From assembly GCF_018977255.1 (NCBI RefSeq), contig NW_024704742.1, positions 101,620,001 through 101,684,000 of the forward strand: DNA of 64,000 bases, written 5' to 3'. The notes under the pieces are model-generated. The model had not been told where the DNA came from and searched no databases. It saw only the letters and a list, made by a program, of their open reading frames with translations. Source of the DNA: Callorhinchus milii (taxonomy: Eukaryota). This document shows, in pieces, positions 26,046-39,112 of this stretch. The translations under genes were made by a program, and so were the position numbers. The first letter of the stretch is position 1. Each line of letters begins with the position of its first letter.

Positions 26046-26671
26046 CTGAACAAAGGATTAAAAAAGTTTAAAAGTTCTGAGAAGATACAAAAATATACAA
26101 AAAGATATAAAAATATACACACAGAATATACTGAAGAGTAAAACTTGAATACGTAATCATTCCTCAGATGAGGAGCATTCAATAGCACAGAAGTGATCTA
26201 AATTCTATATTCAATAGAATACCACTGGAATAAAATATAATGATAGGCTGCAATGGTTTACTGGTTGAAGGAACTAACCAGTACAGCACTATGCCATACT
26301 GACCAGATAAGTTTCAAATTGAATCCTAATTTATACTGAGTTAGCCTTCCAGATATTGCTTCAAAAAAACATGTCACAAGTTGAAAAAGCTCACAAAGGG
26401 TAATATTGTGTCCATCATTTAGGATCTCATCTCCATGCTTTGTCACCATATAGCTCAGTTTACTTTTTCTCCAAAACCATCTGTATGTATCTCAGAAAAC
26501 CATTTGCAATACCGTTGGTAACTCATTCCATAGGATTACTTATGTCTATTGCCTGTATGTGGGAAATAGTTTGGTCTGAACTTTTTATTTAAACTTATCG
26601 TACTAAATTTCATCAATCATCTACATTTATTTTTACGTATGCATCAAATTTCAAATTGCTTTCAATAAGGA

Positions 26672-26790
26672 AAGCAGCACTGCTGAGAACAATACAGCAA
26701 AGCAGTGCTTCCGAGAACAATGCAGCGAAGCAGCACTACCACGAATAAAGCAGCAGTGATGAGAATGAAACAGTGCTGGTGAGAATTTTG
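26672..26790 (+). repeat. Degenerate ~28-bp tandem repeat (AGCAGCACTGCTGAGAACAATACAGCAA-like)
   Basis: Three to four decayed units visible. Confidence 0.55.
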
Positions 26791-27018
26791 AAGACTGAAA
26801 ACTTGGATGAAATAATCTGGTGAAACAATTAAATATTTAGACAGCCAATGCTATTTACAGTACTAACCCCATTAGTTAAATACCACCTAAAGAAACAAAG
26901 ATTTCAGTGCTGCGCATGAGAATCTTTTTGATGGGGAACGATACGCATCTGGGTGTGACGGTTCTTTTTTCAAGCTCCACATTAGGACTTCAGCTTACAG
27001 TCAGAACATTGCATTATT

Positions 27019-27337
27019 TAATAATAATAATCCTTGCATTTGATATAGCGCTTTTCACGTCTTCTCGACGTCTCAAAGCGCTTCACAGAATAGACTGTAA
27101 AGTGAATTGACTGTATATTTGTGGGCGAAACGCGGCAGCCAATTGCGCACAGCAGTGTCCCACAAACAGTCGTGGATTGAAAATGACCAATTTTTTTAAA
27201 TTTATTTTTAGTTTTGTTTTTGGAGGGATTATTATTAGGTGTGTGGAGTAAGGAAACTTGCCCAAGGTTTCGCCCTGCCTGGAATTGAATCCAGGTGTCT
27301 CGCTTGCAAGGCAAGTGCTCCAACCACTGATCTACAG
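27019..27337 (-). mobile_element. Near full-length tRNA-SINE (short subfamily, GAGAA-loop tail)
   Basis: Reverse complement of the 14784/60172 family. Confidence 0.9.
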
Positions 27338-27927
27338 TGAAGGATTATTAGTATTTTGAAAAACCCTGACATCTATATGGCCCTAATTTGTTTCACTGTA
27401 ATTATGAAAGCAGCTGATAGCAGAGAACTAAACAAGATGCTTACTTGTCCTTGGAAGCAAAAGACAAGATGCTAGAGGCAAGAAAAACCCATGGGCTGAA
27501 AGTGAAGATCATCCATAGCCATTTCATTTTGCAATTATTTAAAAATACTTTGCCATCTAATAATATTAAATATACAGATCCCAAACAAAACTGTTTCAAA
27601 GTAATTGCACTTAATTGGTAGTAAAAAAAAATGTAATGTGCTAGATTTCATCCTAATTTATGGAATTGAGTAATAGTACATATAACATAATTTGAAAATT
27701 TCACTGGATAATGCTCTTATTTTCTTCACAACACTTTTTGTGTTCTTGCAAAACAGAATCGCCATTTTTGGAAACATTTTTGAAAATTAAAATTTCATCA
27801 GCACCTTGCCCTGAAGGAAAATATTTGCAGTCTCTCACAATTCAAATAATATTCTTACTTTGAAGTGATCAAATAGAGATCAGGAAATATGATAGAATGC
27901 CTCAGGCACCTGAATGCTGACATTTAC

Positions 27928-28031
27928 CTTTGCTTTGTCAGATGTTCTTTTTCCACCAAAGCCTCCAGCTCCCACAACAAATAGAGTGAACTGGTTATAG
28001 CAAATTAAATCTCCGCCATTATATGTATAAA
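27928..28031 (-). CDS. HSD17B4: HSD17B4 exon 16, [35 protein letters not shown]
   Basis: 104 nt, CAG acceptor, GTAAAT donor. Confidence 0.96.
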
Positions 28032-29255
28032 CTGAAAAACAGATATGAAGTGCTACGATTAACAGTAGGTTTATTCAGTGCAAGTAAAGACCATAAAGAC
28101 CAACTCCAAAGATCCTTGATGCCATTTGTTATATTATAAGATTACCTGTGGGGAAAATCTGTTTCTGCAGGCAACTCATGTTTAATTGTCAAGTTTGGTT
28201 TGGATACCCTTAAGCATGGTGATGGGTTTCCGTATGTGTCACCCGGCTGACCCCCAAAAAACAATAGCAGGTTTACCTAGTGCTGAATTTCAGAAAACCC
28301 AACTCGGATTCAGATCTCCAGTTGTCTGCACTTTTCTTTATGAAGATAATAATAATACTGACATTTGATACAGCTTCTTATAAATCTTCGAGATGTCTCA
28401 AAGCACTTCACAGAATATACTGTAAAGTGAATTGACTATATCTTGTTGGCAAAACATGTCAACCAGATTCCATAATGATAAATTGCTTGACTGGATTGTT
28501 GGACCTGGTAGCATACCATGCATGTGCGACCGTCTTGACACTGCAGTGTCATGTTGTCAGACTTTCGTATATGCACAAAATACTGTGAGAATTATTTTCT
28601 GACTCAGAAACTCATTCTCTCAATCTCCATTAACCTCACCCAGCACACTACTTTACCCTAACAGGTAGACTGCTCCTAGCTGGACCATTAGCAGGAAAGC
28701 TTGCCAAATAGTGCTTTCAATGGGCTATGCAATGATTGCTAGTTACACTCCAGCAGTGCTCCAATGCCCACTGTGGGGTTCCAACCCTTTCTCTCACCAG
28801 TCTGCGTCTAATACTCTCCAGAATTAGGTAGCAGGATGTGACCCTCAAGAAGAGAGTGCACATTCCATTCCAATGCATGGGAATTTCCACATATAAATGG
28901 GACGCACAGAACTCAGTTTGGTTTGTTTACTCTTATGCAGGGTTATGGGTTTCAGCACATGTCAAACACCCGACTGACCAAAAATAATCGGTTTGATATT
29001 ATTACAATTTTGATTCAAAATTTATACTAAAATGTACCTAACTAAGTACAGTGTATGCAAGATCTCCCCTTTATGTAGGTAGCATTATGAACCATGTAAC
29101 CCACCATTGGATTGAAAGGACACATGTAAATGTTAATGATCAAAAAATAAAAAAGGGTAATTACAAGAAAGATTAAGCAACAAATATTTTCTATAAACAA
29201 CTAACATAGAAGAATTAAATCTATAATGAATAGATTTACTTATGATACAACTCAC

Positions 29256-29327
29256 CATCCACAATTATGACAGCTCCAGATCCCTTATCAAGAACATCAG
29301 CAATGGTAGCCTCTGACTTTAGTTGTC
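29256..29327 (-). CDS. HSD17B4: HSD17B4 exon 15, GQLKSEATIADVLDKGSGAVIIVD
   Basis: 72 nt, TAG acceptor, GTGAGT donor. Confidence 0.96.
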
Positions 29328-31179
29328 CTAGGATGAAAATAGTCCAGTTTATTTATGATTATTTTTGCATTTGATGAGGGAACTTAATACGTCAAACATC
29401 TAAAAGTATTTCAGGAATTTCTGTAAAGTCCAGCTGGTCCACACATTGAGTAATATTTTCAGATATATTTGTTTTAATGTTAAAAATTCTTGCATATATA
29501 TGTAATATAACAAACTCAATGAGCTACACTTTTTTAAAAAAAATGCATTTTGATTTACAATTAGTAACTCAGGTCATTTTAAAAAATGTTTGTCCTATAG
29601 AAATAAAACAGATTTTTTATGAATATCAGATTAAATTTCTGTACCCAAAGTTTGGAGACTGGAGAACTGGTAGTCATGGTAGAAACATTGGTTTTAAGCA
29701 AAGTATTAGTGGTTTGCTATCTTAAATCCATACTACAATAGAAAGTTGTGGATAGACAGATAAATTCTTGCCCAAATAAATTATTGACCAATTAAATTCA
29801 GTTTGCATCCCCATAGCTTTAAAAATAACCCTAAGGAATATATTTTCCTCAGAGACAAAGACAGTGGAATGCACAGAAGAGACTCAATAAGTCTATTTGT
29901 TGGCCTTTCTGTCAAAAAAGATATTCTGACTATTGAAATAAAAATAATGGACTAGCAGTTGATTGACGTGAGCATCTTTGAGGGGCACCTCCTCCGGAAG
30001 GCTAGATCAATTTTGTGCCCTTTCCAGAAAATTAGAACTGTATTAAATATGAAATGAAAGTAAGTCTCTACGTGGTTTAAAATGAAGATCCCATGATCAT
30101 TCTAAGATTCTTTAAAAGAAAACAGGACCATTACATACATTGAAAAATCCTGAAGATAAGAGCACAAATAGCTTATTTCTGTGCCACGTAGAAGAAGACA
30201 AGCAATACAAGAACAAAATTTGATCGTAGTTCAAAAGCCGAACCCTACTCCATTTTGTTTGTTTTAAAAAATACATATTTTAATATCCAATACTTTGTCA
30301 AATGTCAATTTTAAAAAATTGTAACACAGAATCTGAGTCTTTGTAATCCAAGGTCTGGATTCAGTTTGCAATCAAACAGCTGAATCCAAATACAATTTTG
30401 TACAANTTTTTTTAACAGAACAAAATTACTGTTGCTAGTGAACAATGCAAGCTAAGTACATCAGTGCCTTCATTAGAATGTAAAATTCAACTTGATTTAC
30501 ACTACATATCTTGAGAGAATTAATTTTTTAAAATCGTTTTTGACCAATGATGAATTTGAAAAAACAGAGACTATTTAAATATTTATACAAATCTCATCAG
30601 AAATTTATAAACAAGTTATTTGGATTAGTAATAACTGCTGCTTGCACTGAATACTTAATGCAAACACAAATGCAAAGTTTGATTTCGTATTGCTTTGTAT
30701 TTTCAATAAAGGTATATCACCATGGTTGGCGTAATGATGCTGAACAATCAAAAGCTGTTCTTATACTGCATAGGATGGAATAACCCTGGTTTAATATTCC
30801 CTGAGCTCTTTGGACAAACTGTAGAGAAGGGAACAAGTAGATGTATGTTTTTGTGGCATATCACCAAAAATTGGAGAAGGCAGGGAAGGGGAAAGAGTCA
30901 TCCTTTTGCAGCCTGCTGTGTCTCCTAACAGACATATATAGGAAGCATTACAGTAACAGCAAGAAGCAGATAATGCATCCAACCTCGAGAAACAAACATG
31001 TCAATGCCAGAGTTACAAGTTAGAACATGAAATATTATAAACATTTACTTATCCTATCATTCGATTGTGTGGTCATTGTATTGTTAAGAAAAAACACATT
31101 TATAAGTTTTCATTTTAAGCATAAAAACTACAGTGGATTTTCTATATAAAAATGTTTTAAAAATCCTTCCTAGAAACTC

Positions 31180-31635
31180 AGTTGGTAGCATTCTCACCTC
31201 TGGATCAGTAACTTATAGGTTCCTGACCCAAACTGGGACTTTGAACTAATAAGCTAAGTTGACACTTAGTACATTGTTGGTTGGAGGTGCTATACTTTGT
31301 TTGAGACTGTTAAGCCATCGTAAGTGCTTCGATACACTACTCCACATGAAAGGCATTTATAAATACACAAGTGGTTGTTGAGAAGTTAAACCAAGGTCCT
31401 GTCTGCCAGGTCAGATGGACGTTAACGATCCCAGGCACTATTGAAAAAGAGAAGCAAGTTTCTCCAGGTGTCCTGACCAACAATTCCCTTGATAAACTGG
31501 CCATTCATTTCATGGCTTTGTGTTTTAACTGGCTGTTGTGTTCACATACAGATGCACATTAGCTGCACAGCACTGAAATGTTATGAGTACTTTAGAGTCA
31601 TTCTCCATGCTACAGCAAATATAAGGATTATTTAA
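31180..31635 (+). mobile_element. Old Deu-domain SINE with an internal L2-tail insertion
   Basis: Head GTTGGTAGCATTCTCACCTCTG and core TTAAACCAAGGTCCTGTCTGCC, interrupted at ~31320-31380 by an L2-type tail. Confidence 0.6.
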
Positions 31636-31749
31636 TGAGGTATTGTTAATATTATAACAACATTTTTCCTATGAGAGAATACCATTTTAAAAAATTACAA
31701 AATCCATTGTAATTTTTACAGCTGAAATTCAGCCTAAAAATGTAGAAAA

Positions 31750-31975
31750 CATTAGAATACGTATATTAGAATACACAGCACAGAAACAGGCCATTTGGCC
31801 CAATCGGTCTATGCCGGTGTTTATGCTCCACATGAGCCTCCTCCTGTCCTTCCTCAACTAAGCCTTCAAGCATAACCTTCTATTCCTTTCTCCCTTATGT
31901 ACCTATTTAGCTTTCCCTAAAATACATCTATGCTATTTGCCTCAACAACTCCTTATGGTAGCATGTTCCACATGT
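31750..31975 (-). mobile_element. CR1-clade LINE 3' end
   Basis: AGAATACACAGCACAGAAACAGGCCATTTGGCCC is shared with the CR1 ends at 41237 and 61530. Confidence 0.7.
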
Positions 31976-32266
31976 TAATAATTTTTCTATTACCATCTAG
32001 AGCATCTCAGTCTTGTCAGTAATATTCAATACTTGTAACCATATGTGGATGAGAAAAATCGTCTCCATATGGTGTCTTCAGGCTCAATTAGTGAAGCTTT
32101 ATTCCAACTATTTTCATACTCTGCACTCACTTCTGGGAAACGGTCGAGGAAATATTGAATTCTTACCTATAACTCTGAAACTAAAGTTTTGAGAAGTGCT
32201 TTAGCATATCTTAAACCAACAGTGCTTGAATTAGAACTCAGAAGAGCTGACATAAAAATATATTAC

Positions 32267-32318
32267 CTGACGTTGGTAGTGGCTTGTATAGCTCTAAATA
32301 TTGTTCACCATGTAACAC
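32267..32318 (-). CDS. HSD17B4: HSD17B4 exon 14, VLHGEQYLELYKPLPTS
   Basis: 52 nt, TAG acceptor, GTAATA donor. Confidence 0.96.
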
Positions 32319-33607
32319 CTAGAATAAATGCAGAAAACCATCACACACTTTGGCATTCCTTGGAAAGAGTCAAGCAGACAACAACCTATTCTAAAAATTT
32401 GTAACAAATATCTTGAGGTTCACATGCAAGCCACATTTTGAAATATAGTAAATCTTTTAAAATAAACCAACCAAAAAATACCTAAACATATTATTTAGAT
32501 ATAAAGAAATACACACCATTATAATCCTTCAGGTGAAGCAGCAAAGTTTCAGTATTTCTACATTTTTTTAAATTAATTATTTTTCAGTAAAGCAATTCCA
32601 ACTCCAATTCCAATTATTTGACTTACATAAATCCTCTGAGCCAAGTTTTATTGATCCACACTAAACATGGGAGAGGGGCTGAAGGTGGAAAACATATTCC
32701 TATAAAGACTTCATTCACTCTCTTGTATATGCAGAGCATTACATAACAGTGCACTTAAGAGGACCTGGAACAAATCTTCCTGAATTATCCATTCTCTACT
32801 ATTTCAAATGGTGCTACTTCTTGATGACACCATCTGGTGAAATGGAACAGAATTATGCTTCTGCTCAGTTGTACCATTTTGCTCTTCTTCCCAGCTAGAT
32901 AGGAAACTCACATCTTAGTCTCAGATACTCTTGATTCAATCTCTGATTCAGTCCCAAATGGAATAGACCATCACCGAATCTGAAGTTGGATATACACCTA
33001 ACTAGCCTGCTCTAAATGTAATCTCCTATACTTCTACACCTCTAATCTCAGAAATGTATGTTCTGGTATCCTATGCCCAGCCTTGAAACCTAATATCCAC
33101 AAATTTAATTTAATCACTATTAGAATGACCTTCTTGAATGCTTATTCTTAAATCTTGCCAGGTTCAGAGTAATCCACCTGTTTGAACATTGGTGCTTCAT
33201 GCTGTACTGTTCCCAACTCCTCATAAAACACGATTACCAGCTATCTGCAAGGCTTGAATAAATACATAAATCTATCATATAGGTGGACTACCAATAATAA
33301 TAGACATTTGAGATACCTGAAGTCACTTTAGTGGGGAGCAGGACTTTTCACTTGGAACAGCAGCGACACCTCTAGTAATGTGATTAAGGATCCAACAAAC
33401 CATACCTACAAGCTTCATTTAACTCCCCATCTGGTATTGGTCCAAAGGGCAACGCTGAACATTCAAATAGGTATGCCAGCAATGCTAAACCACAACCCAG
33501 ATAGATCATTTTAAAGCTTTTAAGGAAATGAAAGGGTGAAAGGTTTCTAATAATGCTACAAGATGTAACTTCCAGGTAATCAACATGTTTATCCAGTAAG
33601 CAGCTGA

Positions 33608-34217
33608 GTCACACCGCAGGCCGCCAAAACCCTCATACATGCCTTCATTACATCGAGGCTCGACGATGCAAACTCAGTTTGTCAGCCTCCCCAACTCTTC
33701 CTTCCACAGGCTGCAGATCATCCAAAACTCTGCAGCCTGTGTCCTCTCCCACACTAGGCTCCGTGGCTCTATCACCCCCATCCTTGCCCAATTCCACTGG
33801 CTTCCCATCACATTGAGGATACAGTTCAAGATCCTGGTCCTCACCTTCAAAGACATCCACGGTCTTGCTCCCCACTACCTCTCCGACTTCCTAACCTCCT
33901 ACCACCCTGTTCACTCCCTCCACTCAGCGATCTCCAGCCTGCTTCTCGTCTCGTCTCGCTCGCCCCACTTCTGCCACTCTGTCCCTACCCTCTGGAACTC
34001 CATCCCGCAGTCCCTCCATCTCAGCCCCTCTCTCGCCACCTTCAAGACCCATCTCAAGACCCTCCTCTTCGACCATGCTTTCGATCTCCCTGCTTCCCCC
34101 CCCGCCCTCCCCCTTCCTCCACCCTCAGCTCGGGTCCATAACTCTGCCTATCCAGCGCCTTGGGACGTCCTCCCGATGTGAAAGGCGCGATACAAATGTA
34201 CTTTTGGTGTTGTTATT
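33608..34217 (+). mobile_element. 5'-truncated L2-clade LINE
   Basis: RLQIIQNSAA...FHWLPITLRIQFKIL...FKTHLKTLLF, followed by the tail GCGCCTTGGGACGTCCTCCCGATGTGAAAGGCG. Confidence 0.9.
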
Positions 34218-34259
34218 GAGTTACATAGACTAGAAAAGTCTGTGTTTTCATCCCAGTAC

Positions 34260-35560
34260 AAAATGGGATAGGGCGATAATAATAATGTTGCTCCATAACC
34301 AGAATCTGGTATTGTCATTTATCTTGAATAGTTCCTCAGGAGTACAAGATGTTGACTGGGGGCATTACATCAGGCAGAGTTCAAGTGTTTGCCTTGGCTC
34401 TCCACATTGACATATGGTTTTTTTTTAAGCTTCCACTTGGTCACATCTTGGTCGATTTAGGGTACACCAATGTTTTCTTTGAGGTCAATGCCTGGAGGAA
34501 GTTGTTCTGAAGGAACCTGGTTCTCCAAGATCATCGGAATTTCGTGCCATTTTGTACCTCTTAGCCTTCCACAGAGGTATTTTGGGGTAAGGGATTTTCA
34601 AAGGCAAAGCTCTTTCTGGACTTCAGTTTCTTGGATGATGGAATGTGTCATACAGTAGGTGCCTATAATCATGTACCTGTTTTTGCCTCTCCTTTCTACT
34701 CCTTGTCCTCCGCGAGGCAATATGGCAAGTTTAGCATTTGGTTTCAAAGTCCCTGTGATGATTCTACAGGATTGATTGAGTTTAGTATCGATTTTGTGTA
34801 TATGGCTCAAGTATGACCGTATTGGAGCATAGTATTCTGTAGTTAAGTAACACAGGGCGAACCTGGTTGCTCGGTGTTTTGGAGTCAGCACCCCTTTTGT
34901 TTTGGCCAGTTTCTGGAATACCTGGTTCCTGTTGTTCACTTTCTTTTTCAGTTTTCTGATGTGCTAATGACAGCATTTGCACATCGATTTAATATGACCC
35001 AAGGTACACCAGATATTCATAGCTTGAGGGAGATCTTGTCAGCGATCCCACAATCGCAGCATAGACCAGTGCAAGTAACAATAGAAACCACAGTTCAACC
35101 CAGGAAAACAAAGTACCTGCCAAGATTCAACTTTAGAAAGGCTTACTGGGAAGTCTTTATATCTGAATTTGATAAATCTATCTCCAATATTACTCCGTCA
35201 CAATGAACATGACAGAGAATTAGTCTGCCTGTATGGAGAATTGCCCAAAAGCACACCTCAAGGGATGTCAGACACTATATGTACCTTGATTTTCAGAAGA
35301 AACAAGCCTATAATGTAAGAGATATTCATAACTGTATGACTCTGATCCCTTCAGTGAAGAAACCATTAAGCTTGGAGAAATGCTTACGAGAGAGATTGGA
35401 AAGGAGTGGCGTGACTGCTGGAAGGAGCTTATTGAAACAACAAACCTTTACCATAATAGCAAAAAGGCATGGGCCACCACCCACAGGCCTGATAGACAAC
35501 AACCAAAGTGCACCGCTACAGTCTCTCCCAATCTAGCTGCACACTAACTAACGCATCCTA
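34260..35560. mobile_element. Degraded Vingi/Ingi-like non-LTR retrotransposon with an inverted 5' segment
   Basis: Minus strand ~35006 to 34260 carries the post-RT region (YLG..., ALCYLTTEYYAPI, LNQSCRIITGTLK). Plus strand ~35015-35520 carries the post-endonuclease region (IPQSQHRP, RFNFRKAYW, SKKAW). Family assignment is from motif recognition. Confidence 0.65.
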
Positions 35561-35601
35561 AATCACAGTTGATGATGCTACACAAAGCTAACTTCTGTTC
35601 T

Positions 35602-35910
35602 GGAGTCCTGTATCTCAGTGGTTATAGCACTCGCCTCACAAGCGAGAGACCTGGGTTTGATTCCCAGCAGGGGCTGAAACCTTGGGCAAGTTTCCTTACT
35701 CCAGACGCCTGATAATAATCCCTCAAGAAAAAAAATAATAATTTGGTCACTTCAATCCACGACTGTTTGTGGGACACTGCTGTGCATAATTGGCTGCCGC
35801 GTTTCGCCCACAAAATGCAATCAATTCACTTTACAGTATATTCTGTGAACCTTTGAGACATCTAGAAGAAGTGAAAAGCGCTATATCAAAGTCAAGGATT
35901 ATTATTATTA
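35602..35910 (+). mobile_element. Full-length tRNA-SINE (CAC-loop head)
   Basis: GGAGTCCTGTATCTCAGTGG head through the (ATT)n tail. Lies about 60 nt from the exon 13 donor. Confidence 0.9.
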
Positions 35911-35972
35911 GTTTGTCCTTATACACAAATGAATTTGGAACATGTTGTTGAAAACATCAAAATGATACTTGC

Positions 35973-36212
35973 CCTTGTAAAATCTAGGTTCAGTCCAGGA
36001 ACAGATGCAAACCCACCACCGAAGATAACAAATTGGGCAGGGATTACCCCAAATGTCGGCAAGCAGGAGAACTTCTCATGTCCTTCAAAAAGAAACATCA
36101 AATGTTTTGGGTCCTTGGTTGTCATGCCAACACCAAGAGCGTACAGAATAGGTTGTAGGTTAGTGTAACTGTACATCCCTGGAGCGGTAATTTTTTGACC
36201 TATTGCTTGAGC
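35973..36212 (-). CDS. HSD17B4: HSD17B4 exon 13, AQAIGQKITAPGMYSYTNLQPILYALGVG...GLNLDFTR
   Basis: 240 nt, CAG acceptor, non-canonical donor AGG|GCAAGT (GC-AG intron). Joins exon 14 in frame (FTR/VLHGEQ). Confidence 0.92.
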
Positions 36213-36879
36213 CTGTAATTAGAAAAACAAAAACAAAATGAAAAGTCACAATTAAAAATACATCATTTGAAAAAAATCAGGAGAAAAAAGTGTTTTTTAA
36301 AAAATAATGACCTGAAGACTCACAAGTTGGCCATTTAAGAGTGCAAAAGGCTCAAGTCATTGACTTCTGCGGCAGTTGGTCTCCACTGACTGAAGGCGCT
36401 CAGTGCATGGGAAGCAACCGGGCCAGCTGTGCACTTTGCATAATGAACAAGGTCTACAGTTCAAACGTGTTAGAAGAGAATTTGAGCGACAGAAGAACTT
36501 GTCATAATGGGACTGCACAGTTCAGGGAGAATTCACCAGACTTCAGGTCATGGATATTCATTCATGAGCTTAATTACAAATCATAAGTTTAAAACTGATT
36601 GAGCATCATATTTGTGGTACACATTTTGTGCAAGACCACAAAGAATACTATTCCTGGCTTAATAACAGCAGTTAGTTAATGCAGATTCACAGGCATAAGT
36701 CACATAAGTTTTGATGATTCTACATTCGTGACCTTAAGACAGTTTGCCAAAATAATTTAAGAAACATATTCAGGTGTAAGTACTTAATGTTTATTTACCT
36801 TTCATATACAATAATCATAAATAACCAAGAAAGTTATTATACTAATTACATTCAGTCATTTGATTACCACAATACCTAC

Positions 36880-36989
36880 TGGATCAATCCCTGAAGAGCT
36901 GGTTGGTAATATGCCATTGGTAGGGTTTGAGGAGACTTCTTGTTCAGCATCTAATTTGGTCAGCACCTCATACAGAATGTCAATGGAAT
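36880..36989 (-). CDS. HSD17B4: HSD17B4 exon 12 (dehydrogenase-hydratase linker), DSIDILYEVLTKLDAEQEVSSNPTNGILPTSSSGIDP
   Basis: 110 nt, CAG acceptor. The frame requires the CCA|GTAGGT donor; a competing donor 4 nt downstream is out of frame. Confidence 0.88.
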
Positions 36990-38983
36990 CTGTCATAATA
37001 ACAAGCAGAATCAGTCACTGCCTTTCATATTTTTAAAAGGCAATTTAGAATATCCTCACTTTAATAATATGGATATGAACTGACTCCTACATTTTAAAAC
37101 ATAACAATTAATATTTGGTAGTTTTTGAGGAAGCTTAATGACTCTGAATTGCAAGGGCCGAAGGAAGAGAGAATCATTGATTTTTAATGGTATTAAACAA
37201 GCTGGTTGAGGGTTCTGCTTCATAGCAGTCAAAACGTTTGTTCAAAGTTCCCAAGTCATCCCAAGGACTGCCTAGGAGGTTTGAACGGAATATGAGCAAG
37301 TCAGCCTAGCATGATGCATACCTGTTGTGTTTATACAGTGTGGGTGTGAATCACATCCATCCTGAAATCATCTCCTTAAGGGGTCAGTGCTTCCACAATT
37401 GTGGCGATTTGTCACAAATTTGCAGTACAAAACACATTTCAAATGTTTGCACGTAATTAGAACATCAAATAGGATAACTAACTCATCCATGTGTATTTAA
37501 TCATTTTTGAAGCCACACTGAAAATCGTATTGCTCTGACGCTTAATATTTTTGCCATTCTTGTCAACATTTTGGGTGCATCATGTGTGAGTGAAGCCTTC
37601 AATTTGGTTTCTGATATTTTCCATCAAAATAACTGTGCTGTAACATTGTATTTTATGAACTCTGAACAAGAAAAAGTTGAGAAAGATCAGTACTGGCATA
37701 ACGTATTGCTGTTTGAAAGATGTAATTGTAGCAGTTTAGTTACAGCTATCATTAATAGCTGCAAGGTGTTCAACCAATATCTTGAGCTACTGACCCAGAT
37801 TGCTGTGGCACTAGATGTGTCATTTTGAGCACCAAAATTTTGAGTTTGTCTCAATTTCCATTGAACAGAAAGGGACAAGGGGTCTTAAAAACCTTGACTA
37901 TGGTTTGAGTTTTCGAAAAACCCTATTAAGTGCAGATATAATTAACTTAATTGAATACGTAAAACCATCACAGAACGATCAAATGGTTTGCTAAAACTGT
38001 TTTGATTCCAGAACCGCTCTGTTCTCATAAGGATAAACTAAATTGTTAGTGATTCAAGTATTGCCCTTATTTTAAATGATTTACACTTGAAGTCGCTATG
38101 CTCCTCAATGTAGGACCAATGGATTGTGTTAGCATTTCACTGTGTTAACTGGTGAGACTGAAGTACATGACAACCAATTCCACACTAACAAAATGCAAAC
38201 TGGGGCTGACACGACAACATATTGCTACTAAATGTTGCTTGTGCCTCAGCAAGATCAAGGTCTGCAGTAAGGGCAAAATTACTTCTGAACTTACTTGAAC
38301 TGAATTATCTGTCAGGAAGGCAGACACAAATGTTGACCAGAAAGGCAACAACTTGTCTAATTGGTTCCAAATTAAGCCCAGCATTTTGTTGAGCAGTCAG
38401 GCTGTTTGAGACCAATGTTAAATTGACATCTACTAAAGGCATTCCCATCAAGTATGGACAGTCCCTTCAACCTGCACATCCCATTTCACTGAAAGTTCAA
38501 GGCTATAATGAAGATGCCTGGATTACTTAGATATCAGACTAACCCAAGCCTGCAGTAGGATGCTCCTTTCTACATTACATAAACAAGAAAGAGATGGGAA
38601 GGAAGTGAAGCCTGCTGATGATGGGAAGTGATGGGCTCAAGGAGACTAGTGCAGGAGAGGATATAGGCTGTGGAATTCCAATGGAGCTGGAACCAATGGA
38701 TGGCAAAGTTAGAGAGGGGTTGAGGGTGGATAAGGGAAAAACAGGCCTCTCACGTAAAGTGCACAAACAATTGCATCCTCCCAATATCTAAGACCATTTT
38801 GATAAGTTTAAAGGGAAGCCTTTGTAAACAAAACAAATACAAAAACTTCTCACTAATGTACAATTACTTACTCTGCCCAAATCTAAAAAGAGCCAACTTG
38901 AAGTTAAGGCCCAGAATTCGGATTCTGAACATTTATATAATTCACCAACTCGCATCTTCTGCAGAATCTTTGACAGAGATTAC

Positions 38984-39112
38984 CTTTGGTACTTTGGGGT
39001 TTGGTGGCATTTTCAAAGTTGCAGATACGTTCCCAATTATCGCGCACAGCTTCAGGTGTCATTGGTTGATTCTTTTGTCTTAGAATGGCACCCAAGGTTC
39101 GCTCCCAGCGCA
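38984..39112 (-). CDS. HSD17B4: HSD17B4 exon 11, [43 protein letters not shown]
   Basis: 129 nt, CAG acceptor, GTAATC donor. Confidence 0.96.

Noticed and set aside
37130..37460. Non-repetitive, complex intronic stretch that looks like a conserved enhancer
   Set aside because: Conservation cannot be judged without a multi-species alignment.
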